A stretch of DNA of 64,000 nucleotides from Octopus bimaculoides (lineage: Eukaryota): contig NC_068983.1 in assembly GCF_001194135.2 (NCBI RefSeq), forward strand, positions 85,928,079 through 85,992,078. The letters are read 5' to 3'. Shown here one piece after another: positions 51,795-64,000 of this stretch (the first letter of the stretch is position 1; each line of letters starts with the position of its first letter). The notes under the pieces were generated by a model. It was not told the DNA's origin, made no database searches, and was given only the letters and a program-made list of their open reading frames with translations. The translations under genes and the position numbers were made by a program.

Positions 51795-52109
51795 TGTAAG
51801 AAGCTTGCTTCCCAACCACATGATTCCGGGATCAGTCTCACAGTGTGACACCTTTGGCAAGTGTCTTCTACTATGGCCTCAGACCATAGTATGTGTGTAT
51901 ATAAATGTGTGTATTTGTATGTGCTTGTCCCCCCAACTATCACTTGAAAACCGATGTTGGTGTGTTTACATCTCCGCAACTTAGCTGTTCAGTAAAAGAG
52001 ACCGATAGAATAAGTACTAGGCTTACAAAAAATAAGTCCTGGGATTGATTTGTTCGACTAAATTCGGTGCTCCATCATGGCCGCAGTCAAATGACAGAAA
52101 CAATATAAG
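51795..52109 (+). mobile_element. SINE family A
   Basis: Head to tail homology. Confidence 0.75.
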
Positions 52110-52484
52110 NNNNNNNNNNNNNNNNNNNNNNNNNNNNNNNNNNNNNNNNNNNNNNNNNNNNNNNNNNNNNNNNNNNNNNNNNNNNNNNNNNNNNNNNNNN
52201 NNNNNNNNNNNNNNNNNNNNNNNNNNNNNNNNNNNNNNNNNNNNNNNNNNNNNNNNNNNNNNNNNNNNNNNNNNNNNNNNNNNNNNNNNNNNNNNNNNNN
52301 NNNNNNNNNNNNNNNNNNNNNNNNNNNNNNNNNNNNNNNNNNNNNNNNNNNNNNNNNNNNNNNNNNNNNNNNNNNNNNNNNNNNNNNNNNNNNNNNNNNN
52401 NNNNNNNNNNNNNNNNNNNNNATATATATATATATATATATATAAATATAATAGATGTTTATATACCTATATATATATATATGG

Positions 52485-52672
52485 GAGAATATACGAAAAA
52501 ACAACAACAGACGAGGACAGGTGGTGTAAATAACAAAAGGATGTATTAGTATGACGCTCGGGAATACGGAAAGTCTTTGACGTTTCGAGCTACGCTCTTC
52601 AACAGAAAGAATACGGAGACAAGGAGAAAAACACGGAGAAAAAAAATTGAATAATGTCCAGTCAACGGTCAA
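52485..52672 (-). mobile_element. Hammerhead-containing Penelope/retrozyme-like repeat, copy 2 (inverted)
   Basis: Reverse complement is near-identical to 51481-51654, including an identical ribozyme motif. Confidence 0.65.
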
Positions 52673-52676
52673 TCAT

Positions 52677-52711
<35 letters not shown>

Positions 52712-52712
<1 letters not shown>

Positions 52713-53016
52713 TAGCAGAAAGACCTCCCTCCGGGCGGTTTGTGCTAGCCACTCGATAATATTTCCACATTTGATTCCCAATTCTAATAATGTTTATGAT
52801 ATTTTACATTTAATTATTTCTTTGTATATTAGTGCTCACTTGCTTAGTAAATATTGCTTTCATTATTTTATCAGTCATGATCTCTCTTTTTTAAAGAATC
52901 AATCTGCTATATATATTTATCATTAATAATTGGAAGAACTTACATAGGTGTGCATAAATAGACAGACAGACAGACAGACAGACAGATAGATAGATAAATA
53001 GATAGATAGATAGATA

Positions 53017-53059
<43 letters not shown>

Positions 53060-54060
53060 TGTGAGAATACATGGGAATAACGTTTCCTTACTTTTTCAAA
53101 TATACCCAAATATAAAATGATCTAATATAACGTTCTATATCATTCATTCGGCATGTGTTGAAACATGCCAAACAATTTAATTCCACACAAATATATGTTA
53201 CTTTACATATAATTTATGTATTCTATGTACTGAAACTTTCCCTTTCTCTCAGCCAATATTTTTGCATTAGCCTTCCTTTGAATTCTAGATAATGCAACAT
53301 ACAGCTGACCATGTGAGAAGAATTGTGTTGGAAGATGTATTCCAATTTGTTCAAAAGTCTGTCCCTGTACCTTGTTGCACGTCAAGGCAAAAGTTGACTT
53401 GACAGGAAATTGTTTGCATGTAAAAGTAAATGGAAATTCCATTTCTTGAGATACATGTGGTATTCTTGGGATTAGCAGAGTTGATCCTGCATAAAGACCA
53501 GAAGTAACCTCAGCCCCAATAATTTGATCATGTAAACTGACGATGTAGTGTGCGCCATTTCAATGTCCTTTTGTAGCATCTAAATTTCTCAGAAGCATTA
53601 TGCATCGTTTTTTCTTCAGTTTGAGAATGTGTGGTGGAAACCCTGATGGTGTAAGGTTGTTGATGAACTCGATTGGAGACAGAGTTTCATTATCAACTGT
53701 ATCTGAGCTTCTGTATATTTTTAGCTCACCAGGGAACCTCGTCAACAGAAAATCATTCACAAATTGTGCTGCTTCATTTGTTGGTGTAACAATGGTTCTA
53801 TTTGCAAGCCACACAGGGTTTGTGAAGTTATTTTTGAGGTCAGCATATACAAAATCACACAGATCTGAAATGTTGCACCAACAATTTGTGATCTGACACC
53901 ATTATTTTGAAGTAGAATCTTCTCCTCTCGAGACACCCTAACCAGTCGGTCATATGTAGTGGAAACAAAATCGTGTCTACGTCTCCGTGCATATTCAGGC
54001 ATCTGTTTCAGTCACTTTGCCCTGGTTTCATCTGATTCAGTTGCCTGTCTTTCTCTCTGT
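52712..54060 (-). mobile_element. Helitron, internally deleted: PIF1-like helicase C-terminal part and canonical 3' terminus
   Basis: One frame from about 53870 to 53203: DFVYADLKNNFTNPVWLANRTIVTPTN...PPHILKLK...IMLLRNLD..KGH*NG...IPRI...QFPV..FALTCNKVQGQTF...FSHGQLYVALSR. Terminal hairpin ACCGCCC-GGA-GGGAGGT (52723-52739) then CTAG|T at 52712. 5' end unresolved. Confidence 0.88.
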
Positions 54061-54661
54061 CATTGTGCTTTTAGGGAACGCTGGTATACATGGGCCACTG
54101 CCGGTCTTCCATAAACAACCTTGCTCGGACTTGTGCCTTGGAGAGGAACTTTCTAGGTGCAATCCCATGGTCATTCGTGACCGAAGGGGGTCTTCATGTG
54201 TATATATATATTATTTCGAGGATATAAATACCTCTTTAAGGGATGTCATCATCCAGTTTCCCCGCTTTTATCCAGTGTATCAACTAAATACTAAAAGATG
54301 TTAGCTTCGCATTGATCGATATGGTTATATTACCATTTATGTATAAGAAAAAGAAAATGGAGAAATTGATATGCAGACATCAGTTTATTGAAACAAATTC
54401 AATTTCGAACAATATCAAACAATATCAAACTCATAGAGCGTACAATCATTTCCATGTCCAATTCAAATTAGAAAAATTAAATTAGAGATTCATATTGAAT
54501 ATAGTTAAGTGAACATTTTGTCAGGGTCAGAATTTGATAGAAAAAGGAACATCTCAATTTGTTATTATATCATTGGTAAAGTCAGCATTAAATTCAGATA
54601 TGAGCGTTTTTGCATTCTAATGTATTAAAAAAAATTTCTTTCTTTTTCTAATACATAAATA

Positions 54662-54692
<31 letters not shown>

Positions 54693-54742
54693 NNNNNNNN
54701 NNNNNNNNNNNNNNNNNNNNNNNNNNNNNNNNNNNNNNNNNN

Positions 54743-55353
54743 AGGGTATTCAGGCTAAATTCGACAATCTGCATAGAAAACAATATCCCATCCAAAAACA
54801 AAAATATTTTGAAAGTTTGAAATATATCAGTCAGATTCTAGATTATTGCTGGGAGACAGCACTAAAGTAACCGACCTTAGCTTTCACCACAGCCTCAAGA
54901 CGGTTTTAGAGCTAGGTGCATACTTTCCTCATTTTGTCCCTAGGAAGACCCTCGAGCACCTTGATCTTTGCCACTCAGTCAGCGTTGACATTGTAGACAA
55001 AACGGTTAGTGTATTTCTCAATCGTGCTCCACACATAGTAATCCATGTGACTACAATTGGGGGAATTAGGACGCCAGAGAGTGGGACTATTGAATTCGTT
55101 GAAATTTTTCGACAGCCACTTCTGACTCTTTCCGGGGGTATGGCAAAGAGCATTGAGTAGCTGTCATGGTGTGGGCATTTTGATACCTGGTGCGAATCAT
55201 CCTGATACAGGTTACTCTATTCCAAATTTTCAATCCTCCATATCAGTTAACTTTTCCTCAATTACAACTTCAATCTTTATGCTCACCACCAATATATCAA
55301 GCTGTTCCCGAAAAAGGAGACAAAAAATCGTGAAATTTAGCCCGAATATCCTG
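54743..55353 (-). mobile_element. Tc1/mariner (DD37D/maT-like) deletion derivative
   Basis: Imperfect TIRs agggtattcaggctaaatt / caggatattcgggctaaatt, TA at 55354-55355. Transposase remnant CHTPGKSQKWLSKNF...LWRPNSPNCSHMDYYVWS resembles WPPNSPDxNPxDYxVW. Confidence 0.75.
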
Positions 55354-56154
55354 TATACTGTGGAAACCAATTATCGTGAGCACGTGATGGTATATCATTT
55401 AAGGTAATAATAACAAGCTGAACTGATAACATTAAGCATAAGATATAACCACACATGGGCGTGCGTGTGTGTATGCATGTACATATTAATAATAATAATA
55501 AAAAAAATACAGTATTCTCATATCACCCGTTTTGCCACTCTGTTTCATATAGGAGTTGAGATAACATCGACAATCATCAGAAAAGGCTGAAAAGAACAGT
55601 GTGGCAAAGGTTCAGACACAATGAATCTGAAAAAGAAAACAAAATTTTCTCAAAAAGCCGAAATGGTCACGGATGAATACTTTTAATCATAGGTCTTCCC
55701 GATCAAGGCTGATCGGGGGATTAGCAACAACGATTGGAAGAAGAGAAAAGCATGGAAAATCCTACAATTTCACTCTGCGACAGGAAAACATCGCAGAGTT
55801 GAAATAAACAGATAATTCAGTGAGTGTTTGTAAAATAAATTCAAGAATATTTTATTACCAAGATACAAACAAACTATAATATAACAGAATATAAATCAGT
55901 TGAAGCATTTTTTGTAATTTAAGTCAACTTGCCCAATTTGAATGTGTAATGAATTTAATGCATATATTAATATGAATCTACCGTGAAAAATGTTAACCAC
56001 TACACAATCGATGAATTTCTCTTTTATTTATGAAATTTTGACTGCTACCAAAATTTTTTCTGGGTTCACGTTATGAAGCATCTGTTGTTTTTTAGCAGAA
56101 GAATCTGTTCATTATTACATAAATATCTGTTAATGTTATGCAAATATCTGCTAA

Positions 56155-56365
56155 AGGTGGTGAGCGGGCAGAATTATTAGAGCGTCGGACAAAATGCTTA
56201 GCAGTATCTCGTCCGTCTTTACGTTCTGAGTTCAAATTACGCCGAGCTCGACTTGGTCTTTCATCCTTTTGGGATCGATTAAATCAGTACCAGTTGAGCA
56301 CTGCGGTCGATGTAATCGACTACCCCATCCCCGCAAGAGTTCAGGCCTAGAGTAGAAAGGATTAT
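56155..56365 (+). mobile_element. SINE family B, CpG-rich copy
   Basis: Full-length homology. Confidence 0.8.
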
Positions 56366-56726
56366 TTAAACATCTACTAAAATATCAAATGCAATAATTA
56401 TTTTACTTGATTAATTATTATTATTTTTTCGTTTATATATTTGTTTTGCAAATATATAAATATATATTATTATTTTCAATGGATTGCATTATCTATTTTC
56501 TTGACTTTATATTAAAATTATACTGAATTAAGTGATATTTGATTATCTTTAAGAAATGACATAATTATTTCCCTTACATATCAAGTATAATGTTACTCTT
56601 CATTTACTGTACTACACAACAAACAGAAACAAACACTGATATCAGAAAGATTTAAATCTTTCCCGTTTCCCTCGAAACCTCGTCACTATTGATGCCTAAT
56701 TTGTGTTCAATATATATAAACCAATA

Positions 56727-56945
56727 AAGGCGGCGAGCTGGCAGAATCGTTAGCTCGCCGGACAAAATGCTTAGCGGTATTTTCGCCCGTCTTTACGTTT
56801 TGAGTTCAAATTCCACCGAGGTCTACTTTGCCTTTTATCCTTTTGAGGTCGGTAAATTAAGTACCAATCGAACACTGGGGACGAAGTAATCGATTTTCCG
56901 CCGCCCCCGAAATTGTTGGCCTTGGGCCAAAATTTGAAACCAATG
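56727..56945 (+). mobile_element. SINE family B, CpG-rich copy
   Basis: ggcggcgagctggcagaatcgttagc...aaatttgaaacc. Confidence 0.8.
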
Positions 56946-58798
56946 TATACAAATCAATATCAAAGCAGTTACGTATTTTCGTACTCGCCCTACTCAATTA
57001 ATGCCAAAATAAGATTCACTACGTCATTGAAGACCTAGTGGATCTTTTCTGTTTGACTGCCACTTTTCAATTTCTTCAATTTTGTTCCAACTCATTTCAT
57101 ATTTGGTGTATTAATGTAGTTTTGTATGGTAATTATTGACATGGAATTCATTTTCGCCATAAATCAACAAATAAAGAGTTAATAGCTTTTAAAATTTGTA
57201 AATTATGGGCAATTTTAGTCAATCGAAAACCACAAACATATCGGTACCTGTTTCCATAGTAACAAACCAGCTATTACCAAGCTGCTTACCCGCCCTGTCC
57301 AACCACGCAGTCATTGTTTGCTTATTAAATGCTTAAAACACGAGGTATGAGGCGGTTGTGAGATNNNNNNNNNNGCAGTCATTGTTTGCTTATTAAATGC
57401 TTAAAACACGAGGTATGAGGTGGTTGTGAGATGTGCTAAAAATGTGCTAAATAGGCCTTAGATCATGCATCAAAGTTTTTTTTTTTTTGGCTTTTGCATA
57501 ATCGCATGATTTCTTGTATAATCATGCGATTTAGTATAGAATACAAGTTGGCAAAAATTTTCTGAAAATTCCCCAAAATGAAAAAGTTATGAGGGGTTAT
57601 ATGGCGTGCTTAAAGCAGAATTCCGTCAATATTTCATCTGTTTACAGTTTGATATTAAAACACGTGCTATTGTTACAATGTTGACAACGCGTGCACTCAC
57701 GTACAAAATGACAGCTTCCAAATCCTGTTTTCTGACTGGGTAAAAAATGATCAAACATTAAACCTCTGTAAATTTAAAAAATAGAAAAATTCTGGAACTA
57801 GTGAATTAGGCCCTGAGATTCAGCGGGAAAATTACATCAATACATCAAATTTTCACTTAATTTTAAAATTTCAAAAAGTGCAGCGAAACAGAAAAGATCC
57901 AACCTAGAGACTCTTACTCAGGCATAAATCCATGTATTTATATGAGAAAGGACAGAGACTGTGTAACGTTTATTCATTTCTCAAACGAACGTACTCCAGT
58001 GTCACATGGCATAAAAGAGGAAAGCTCTGTTATTGAATTTAATATTTGAAAACGATATTATATCTTGTGTGAGTATTGACAATTCCTTAATATGTCAGAA
58101 AATTAGAAATAGCAACAGAAACCAATGCATGGAAACATTTATATTTCATTAATATAATTTGAAATGATATAATCTGATATAATATGTATCCAGCCAATAA
58201 AGGTTTGAATAACTATCTTTGATAGTCTCACGTTTGAGCATATTGACTATATGATGGCTTGCAATCTTCTAGGCACTTAGTGTATAGATGTTTGATCTGT
58301 TAGTATCAATAAAGAATTAAAAATACGGACCTAATCAAAGCATAGATAAGGATTTCCCATTGAGATGGAGACAAGAATCTATGAATGCTTGTGATTTTCC
58401 TACGAATCGTATTTACAAAGACATTAAAAATCAGTTGCTAGATTAAATGAATGTCCAGCAATAATAATGACATACAAGATTTTATCAGATATAGTAAAAC
58501 TAGGAGAGTGTGTAAGAAGTCTTGGAATGGACTCGGGGTGGGGACATTATGATTTCTGCTTTTGATTCATTGAGCATAAGAAGATCGAAATATGTTCAGT
58601 GCATTGTTTGAACAAAGAAGACACTCTGGAGATTTGTCACCAAGCATTTAACTCTGAAAAGGAACGAAGTAGATAAGATGATTAACCAGCGAGATAGTTA
58701 TCAGAATGAAAGCCGAACGTCAAATAAACATAAACGTGTACTAAAAGGCAGTAAATGTTAAATATTACCGATCATTAAATTTGAATCTTGAGTCACTA

Positions 58799-58831
<33 letters not shown>

Positions 58832-58861
58832 CACACACACACACACTTTCAAATACGCACA

Positions 58862-59372
58862 TATTCACACACACAAGCAATACGGACTTCTTTTAGTTTT
58901 AATCTACCAAATCCACTCACAAGTCTTTGGTCAGCCCGGGGCTATAGTAGAAGTCACTTGTCCAAGGTGCCGCACAGTGAGACTGAAACCAAGCTTCTTA
59001 ATCACACAGCCACGCCTACCTCTATTATACACACGCACACACATGCGCATACTCTTACTCTTTTACTTGTTTCAGTCATTTGACTGCGGCCATGCTGGAG
59101 CACCGCCTTTAGTCGAGCAAATCGACCCCAGGACTTATTCTTTGTAAGCCTAGTACTTATTCTATCGGTCTCTTTTGCCGAACCGCTATGTTACGGGGAC
59201 GTAAACGCACCACTATCGGTTGTCAAGCGATGTTTGGGGAGGGGGGACAAACACAGACATACAAACACACACACACACACACATATACATACATATATAC
59301 GACAGGCTTCTTTCAGTTTCCGTCTACCAAATCCACTCACAAGGCATTGGTCGGCCCGAGGCTATAGCAGAT
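58862..59372 (-). mobile_element. SINE family A pieces, CpG-rich young copy
   Basis: ttttacttgtttcagtcatttgactgcggccatgctggagcaccgcc tail; head fragments on both sides. Confidence 0.78.
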
Positions 59373-60394
59373 AGAAAGGAGTCAGTAACACATATAAGAA
59401 TTTGCCAGTTCTTAGAGTACACAATAGTAAGNNNNNNNNNNNNNNNNNNNNNNNNNNNNNNNNNNNNNNNNNNNNNNNNNNNNNNNNNNNNNNNNNNNNN
59501 NNNNNNNNNNNNNNNNNNNNNNNNNNNNNNNNNNNNNNNNNNNNNNNNNNNNNNNNNNNNNNNNNNNNNNNNNNNNNNNNNNNNNNNNNNNNNNNNNNNN
59601 NNNNNNNNNNNNNNNNNNNNNNNNNNNNNNNNNNNNNNNNNNNNNNNNNNNNNNNNNNNNNNNNNNNNNNNNNNNNNNNNNNNNNNNNNNNNNNNNNNNN
59701 NNNNNNNNNNNNNNNNNNNNNNNNNNNNNNNNNNNNNNNNNNNNNNNNNNNNNNNNNNNNNNNNNNNNNNNNNNNNNNNNNNNNNNNNNNNNNNNNNNNN
59801 NNNNNNNNNNNNNNNNNNNNNNNNNNNNNNNNNNNNNNNNNNNNNNNNNNNNNNNNNNNNNNNNNNNNNNNNNNNNNNNNNNNNNNNNNNNNNNNNNNNN
59901 NNNNNNNNNNNNNNNNNNNNNNNNNNNNNNNNNNNNNNNNNNNNNNNNNNNNNNNNNNNNNNNNNNNNNNNNNNNNNNNNNNNNNNNNNNNNNNNNNNNN
60001 NNNNNNNNNNNNNNNNNNNNNNNNNNNNNNNNNNNNNNNNNNNNNNNNNNNNNNNNNNNNNNNNNNNNNNNNNNNNNNNNNNNNNNNNNNNNNNNNNNNN
60101 NNNNNNNNNNNNNNNNNNNNNNNNNNNNNNNNNNNNNNNNNNNNNNNNNNNNNNNNNNNNNNNNNNNNNNNNNNNNNNNNNNNNNNNNNNNNNNNNNNNN
60201 NNNNNNNNNNNATATATATATATATATATATATACGTTTGAGAGTGTGTTTACGCACATACTCCCGCACACGTAGTTACATATGTACTCATGTATGCATA
60301 TATATCCAGATACGTATCTTACAAGCTAAAGAATACCAATAAATTGACAGCAATTGTAAGTTCACCTCAACCTGCGTTAGATACATCAAATCTC

Positions 60395-60700
60395 ACAAAG
60401 AAGGCTACGCTTTTTTTATCCAACTAGAGGGGACTGCCACTAAATACCTGATGAGCAAGAGAGATAAGAATGCCTCTAGATATTCCTGTTGCGATATAAA
60501 ACATCGACTGCGTGAAACCAGTCTGGAAGACATAACCCATATCATCATCAGTTGTCTAAAAATGTTGTAAGGTATTATCACTCTATGAGATATGAAATTA
60601 TCACTAAAACCGTCTACAATACCACACGCATCAAAAAATTGTCTTGACGGCCATACTAAATGCACACCAGAACCCGGAAGTATCCACATCTTTAAAAATA
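60395..60700 (+). pseudogene. R4/Dong-like (restriction-like endonuclease) non-LTR element C-terminal remnant
   Basis: EGYAFFIQLEGTATKYLMSKRD...SCCDIKHRLRETSLEDITHIIISCLKM, then after a frameshift YYHSMRYEIITKTVYN. This is a degenerate CCHC knuckle (CxxC..E...HI...C) followed by the RHD region. Confidence 0.62.
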
Positions 60701-61443
60701 AAGAATACAACTGGCACATTCCAATCAAAGCACTTCAAATCAGATATTGTTGTATGGTAAAAGTAAAGGGCCGGTTTTCCGGTGTCCTCACCTCTGGACG
60801 GAACACCGATCTGTCGCAGGACTACTCATTTTTGACAACTGAATGGACTGAATAACGGAAAATGAAGTGGTTTGCTCAAGAACACAACGCATTGCCCGGT
60901 TCAGGAATCGAAACCACGATCTTACGATCATGTGTCCAGCACCCTAACCACTAAACCACACGCCTCCACATTGTTGTATGAGACTTAGAGCAAAGTCATG
61001 TCATGTTGTAGAGATCGGCTGTCCGGTGGATGTGAATGTCCCATAAAAAATTGGGGAAAAGAACATCTATGGAGAACTAATAAAAAACCTTCTGCATTTA
61101 TGTCTAGGTTATACATTTTCATTTGTTAATATCACAGGCGCACGGGGCTATGGAACAGCAGTTTAGAAATGCTGGTGTTCCCTACAAAGAACAGCAAACT
61201 GATTCTCATTCGCTAAAGACAGCCGATTAGAGATACAGAGAAAATTTGGAAAGCATTTCAGGGATTCTCCATTTGAAATTTCTGGGCTTAACACATGCAC
61301 ACTATCACATATAGACATAGAATACATATACCCCGCATGTGCAGACTCCGCACGTGCACCCGCGCACATCTGCGCACGCGAGCAGAAACACATACATACA
61401 CACGGAGGCACATGCACACACATTCACGCACACACATTCGCAT

Positions 61444-61476
<33 letters not shown>

Positions 61477-62975
61477 TATATATATGTATATATATATGTA
61501 TATATATATATATTTATATATGTCACTAATAATATTTTTCTATATAAAATAAATGATCATATTCTTTAAAATCCTCCATTTTTGCTGGTTTAAAATTCAA
61601 AGAAAAGATTTCCTTACTTTCACCTTTCCTTCCTTGTTCAGTTTCACTTATTCAAATTCGTTCTGAAAGCAAGAACAATTATTTCCCAGTAATTCATTTA
61701 TGGTTGAATATTATTATTCAAATGCACCATTAGAATGAATTTACATCATGTTCGTGCCAATCCATAGTTATAGCTATTATATTTGAAGCAGAAGTTTAGT
61801 GCTACAAAAGTGAATCGTAAAGCCTTACAAGTAATAATAATTATGGCATGTTTACAATGCTGGCGGTTTTCAGAAGACAATGAAATAAGTTGCGGAGATC
61901 AAAAATAAAAGTATATAAAAAAAGAGTAATTATATGGCTATTTAATTTATAGAAATACAATGATAATGATAAAATATTAAACCTGCAAACAAACAATTGT
62001 TGGTTTGCATTTACAACGAAACTTGCCTATTCATAATGCTCGGTCACAAGCACTAGATAATCGGATGATGTCGACAGAAAGTATTTTGAAAAGCCGCATC
62101 AATTCACTGTTGGAGAAGAGTTTTAATTAATGACTCCGTGTCAAGTTTCTGAATATAAATCATAATTTTTCAATTACTGTCTATGATAAAAAAAACAAAA
62201 AACTACAGTAGGTAGATGGATAAGTGGTAAAGAACATGGCGTCTTACGTGTCAGTGAGTTTGACTTTTCTCATTAAAGCTGAAAGCTAACAAAGAGCTAG
62301 AGCGGATGTAGTATGGCCCTCAGAATGTCAAGCTCACAACCCTAAACGTTTACGTTATTTAACTTATGCTTAACTTATACGTGCCACCATGTTTCGAGGA
62401 AAATCTTTTTTTTTAATATTGATATTAGTGAGTTAACATAACTGTAAATAGATACTGTGAAACGTGTAAGTGACCAATGTAGGCAGTGGAAAACGAGTGA
62501 ATGACCGAGTGCTTCATCATTTTTACTTTGTTGAACTAAAGAGAATTGAGGTTTATGATTTTAGCGAGGTTGGTGTTCCACTCCAGAAAGCAGGGATCTT
62601 AGTTCCACTATAGGCCCCAAGACAAGTCACTGTACTTAGCCCTATAGTAACTATCCTTTGACAGCAAACCACAAATTCTGAGAGCTTCCGGGCAAATTAA
62701 TGTGCCGGGTCCTATAGAATAAATTTTTTTGACAGCAGGCCATTGAATACAATGGTTTGCTGTGCTTCACTGGTGTACCCATGACTTAAAACGGCACTGC
62801 CAGAAAGTGAGATGTCTAGCTGCTGTTTATCACTGCAAATTCTCTTTGTAGTAATTGGGAACATTTTTCAGTTGTCAGTGATAAAGGTAGGAATTTGTGG
62901 TGAAAGATGTTAGGTTCAATCAACATTCGACTAAATGTAACATTGTTTTTCTACTTCTCCCTCACATGGCTTTCT

Positions 62976-62976
62976 G

Positions 62977-63057
<81 letters not shown>

Positions 63058-63084
63058 GCCTGTCTGTCTNNNNNNNNNNATCTA

Positions 63085-63123
<39 letters not shown>

Positions 63124-63126
63124 GCC

Positions 63127-63163
<37 letters not shown>

Positions 63164-63190
63164 TTCTGTTTATCTGTCTGTCTGTCTGCT
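62976..63190. repeat. Compound (TCTA)n(TCTG)n microsatellite (reverse form at about 52958-53017)
   Basis: Direct reading. Confidence 0.95.
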
Positions 63191-63231
63191 TAAATGTGTG
63201 TGTACATATACGTGTGTGTATGCATGAAGCA

Positions 63232-63267
<36 letters not shown>

Positions 63268-63293
63268 CACACACACACACACATTTATATATA

Positions 63294-63974
63294 AGAGGTG
63301 GTATCAAAAAGTTCCCGGACTAGTTCCGTAGCGCGCCAGCAGATGGCAGCACACGGTTGCGTGCGCAGTAAGCGCTGGCAGTGACCTTCATGAGCCAGTG
63401 TACAGAGTGATGTTGCTATGTTTACTTCACAAGTTGTAAAATTTGTATTTTTGTGTTCACATGTATACTGTAGTCTATGATTTTGTCACGGACAGGAAGT
63501 TGGAACAAAGAACCAACGTGACATTTCACGTTAAACTTGGAAAGTCTGCTACAGAGACATTGAGCTCGTTTCGGCAAGCTTACGGCGACGAGGCAATGGA
63601 TCGTACGCAATGTTTCGAGTGGCACGGGCACTTCAAAAGTGGACATGGTATCGATTCCGCACCTGCCCTATTCCGCACCTGCTCTATTCGCTAGATTTAG
63701 CACCTGCAGACTTCTATCTCTTTCCCAAGATGAAAATGCAGCTCAAAGGTTGCTGTTTTAAAACCGCTGTCGAAATCCAGACCCGATTGCAGAAGGTCCT
63801 CGACTCGCTTACAGAAAACGACTTCCAGACCGGATTCCAAAAGTAGCAGCAATGCTGGGACTGGTGAATTGCAACGCAAGGTAACTATTTCGAAGGAAGT
63901 CATGTTAAAGCTCAGGTAAATAAGTTATTTTTCATTAAACATAATTAGTCCGAGAACTTTTTGATACCACCTCG
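63294..63974 (+). mobile_element. mariner (DD34D type) deletion derivative
   Basis: TIR GAGGTGGTATCAAAAAGTTCxCGGACT at both ends. N-terminal HTH EQRTNVTFHVKLGKSATET...CFEWHGHFKSG and C-terminal YSLDLAPADFYLFPKMK...NYFEG. Confidence 0.9.
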
Positions 63975-64000
63975 CACCCCACCATATATATATATATATA

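Noticed and set aside
53558-53562. In-frame TGA replacing Cys in the Helitron helicase (possible selenocysteine)
   Set aside because: The element is deleted and decayed and no SECIS was recognised; a TGY-to-TGA nonsense change is the simple explanation.
55696-55799. Two GC-rich hairpins (CCCGATCA/TGATCGGG and ACTCTGCGA/TCGCAGAGT)
   Set aside because: Stems of 8-9 bp with no terminal CTAG, U-tract or ribozyme core; probably part of an unidentified transposon.
57307-57432. ~58-bp direct repeat on either side of a 10-N gap
   Set aside because: Typical unmerged contig overlap (allelic one-base difference), not a biological duplication.
57560-57910. Possible Kolobok/piggyBac-like DNA transposon remnant
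   Set aside because: Terminal repeats and target site could not be defined with confidence.

Overview
AT-rich, repeat-dense animal genomic DNA with many N gaps. It is most likely from an Octopus assembly, inferred from its tRNA-derived SINE families, RTE tails and microsatellite load. The only supportable host gene is HAT1 (type B histone acetyltransferase catalytic subunit) on the minus strand. Seven GT-AG coding exons (44150 to 4859) splice in frame into the N-terminal 228 codons; the 3' exons lie beyond position 1. None of these exons appear in the supplied ORF track. The promoter at about 44.15-44.4 kb has YY1-, E2F- and ETS-like motifs. The rest is transposon debris: RTE LINE fragments, three tRNA-SINE families, a Gypsy integrase remnant, an R4/Dong-like remnant, a Helitron, two mariner families, and hAT and piggyBac MITEs. 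The most interesting non-coding signals are: (1) three different minimal type I hammerhead ribozyme motifs of the Penelope/retrozyme kind, one fused behind a tRNA-derived Pol III head and one with a non-canonical CUGUUGA core present in two inverted copies; (2) two long hairpins, a 105-bp-arm foldback with an 11-bp TSD in HAT1 intron 1 and a 41-bp stem whose only mismatches are G:U; (3) a CpG-decay contrast between copies of the same transposons inside and outside the gene body. All coordinates were read by eye; repeat boundaries are approximate.
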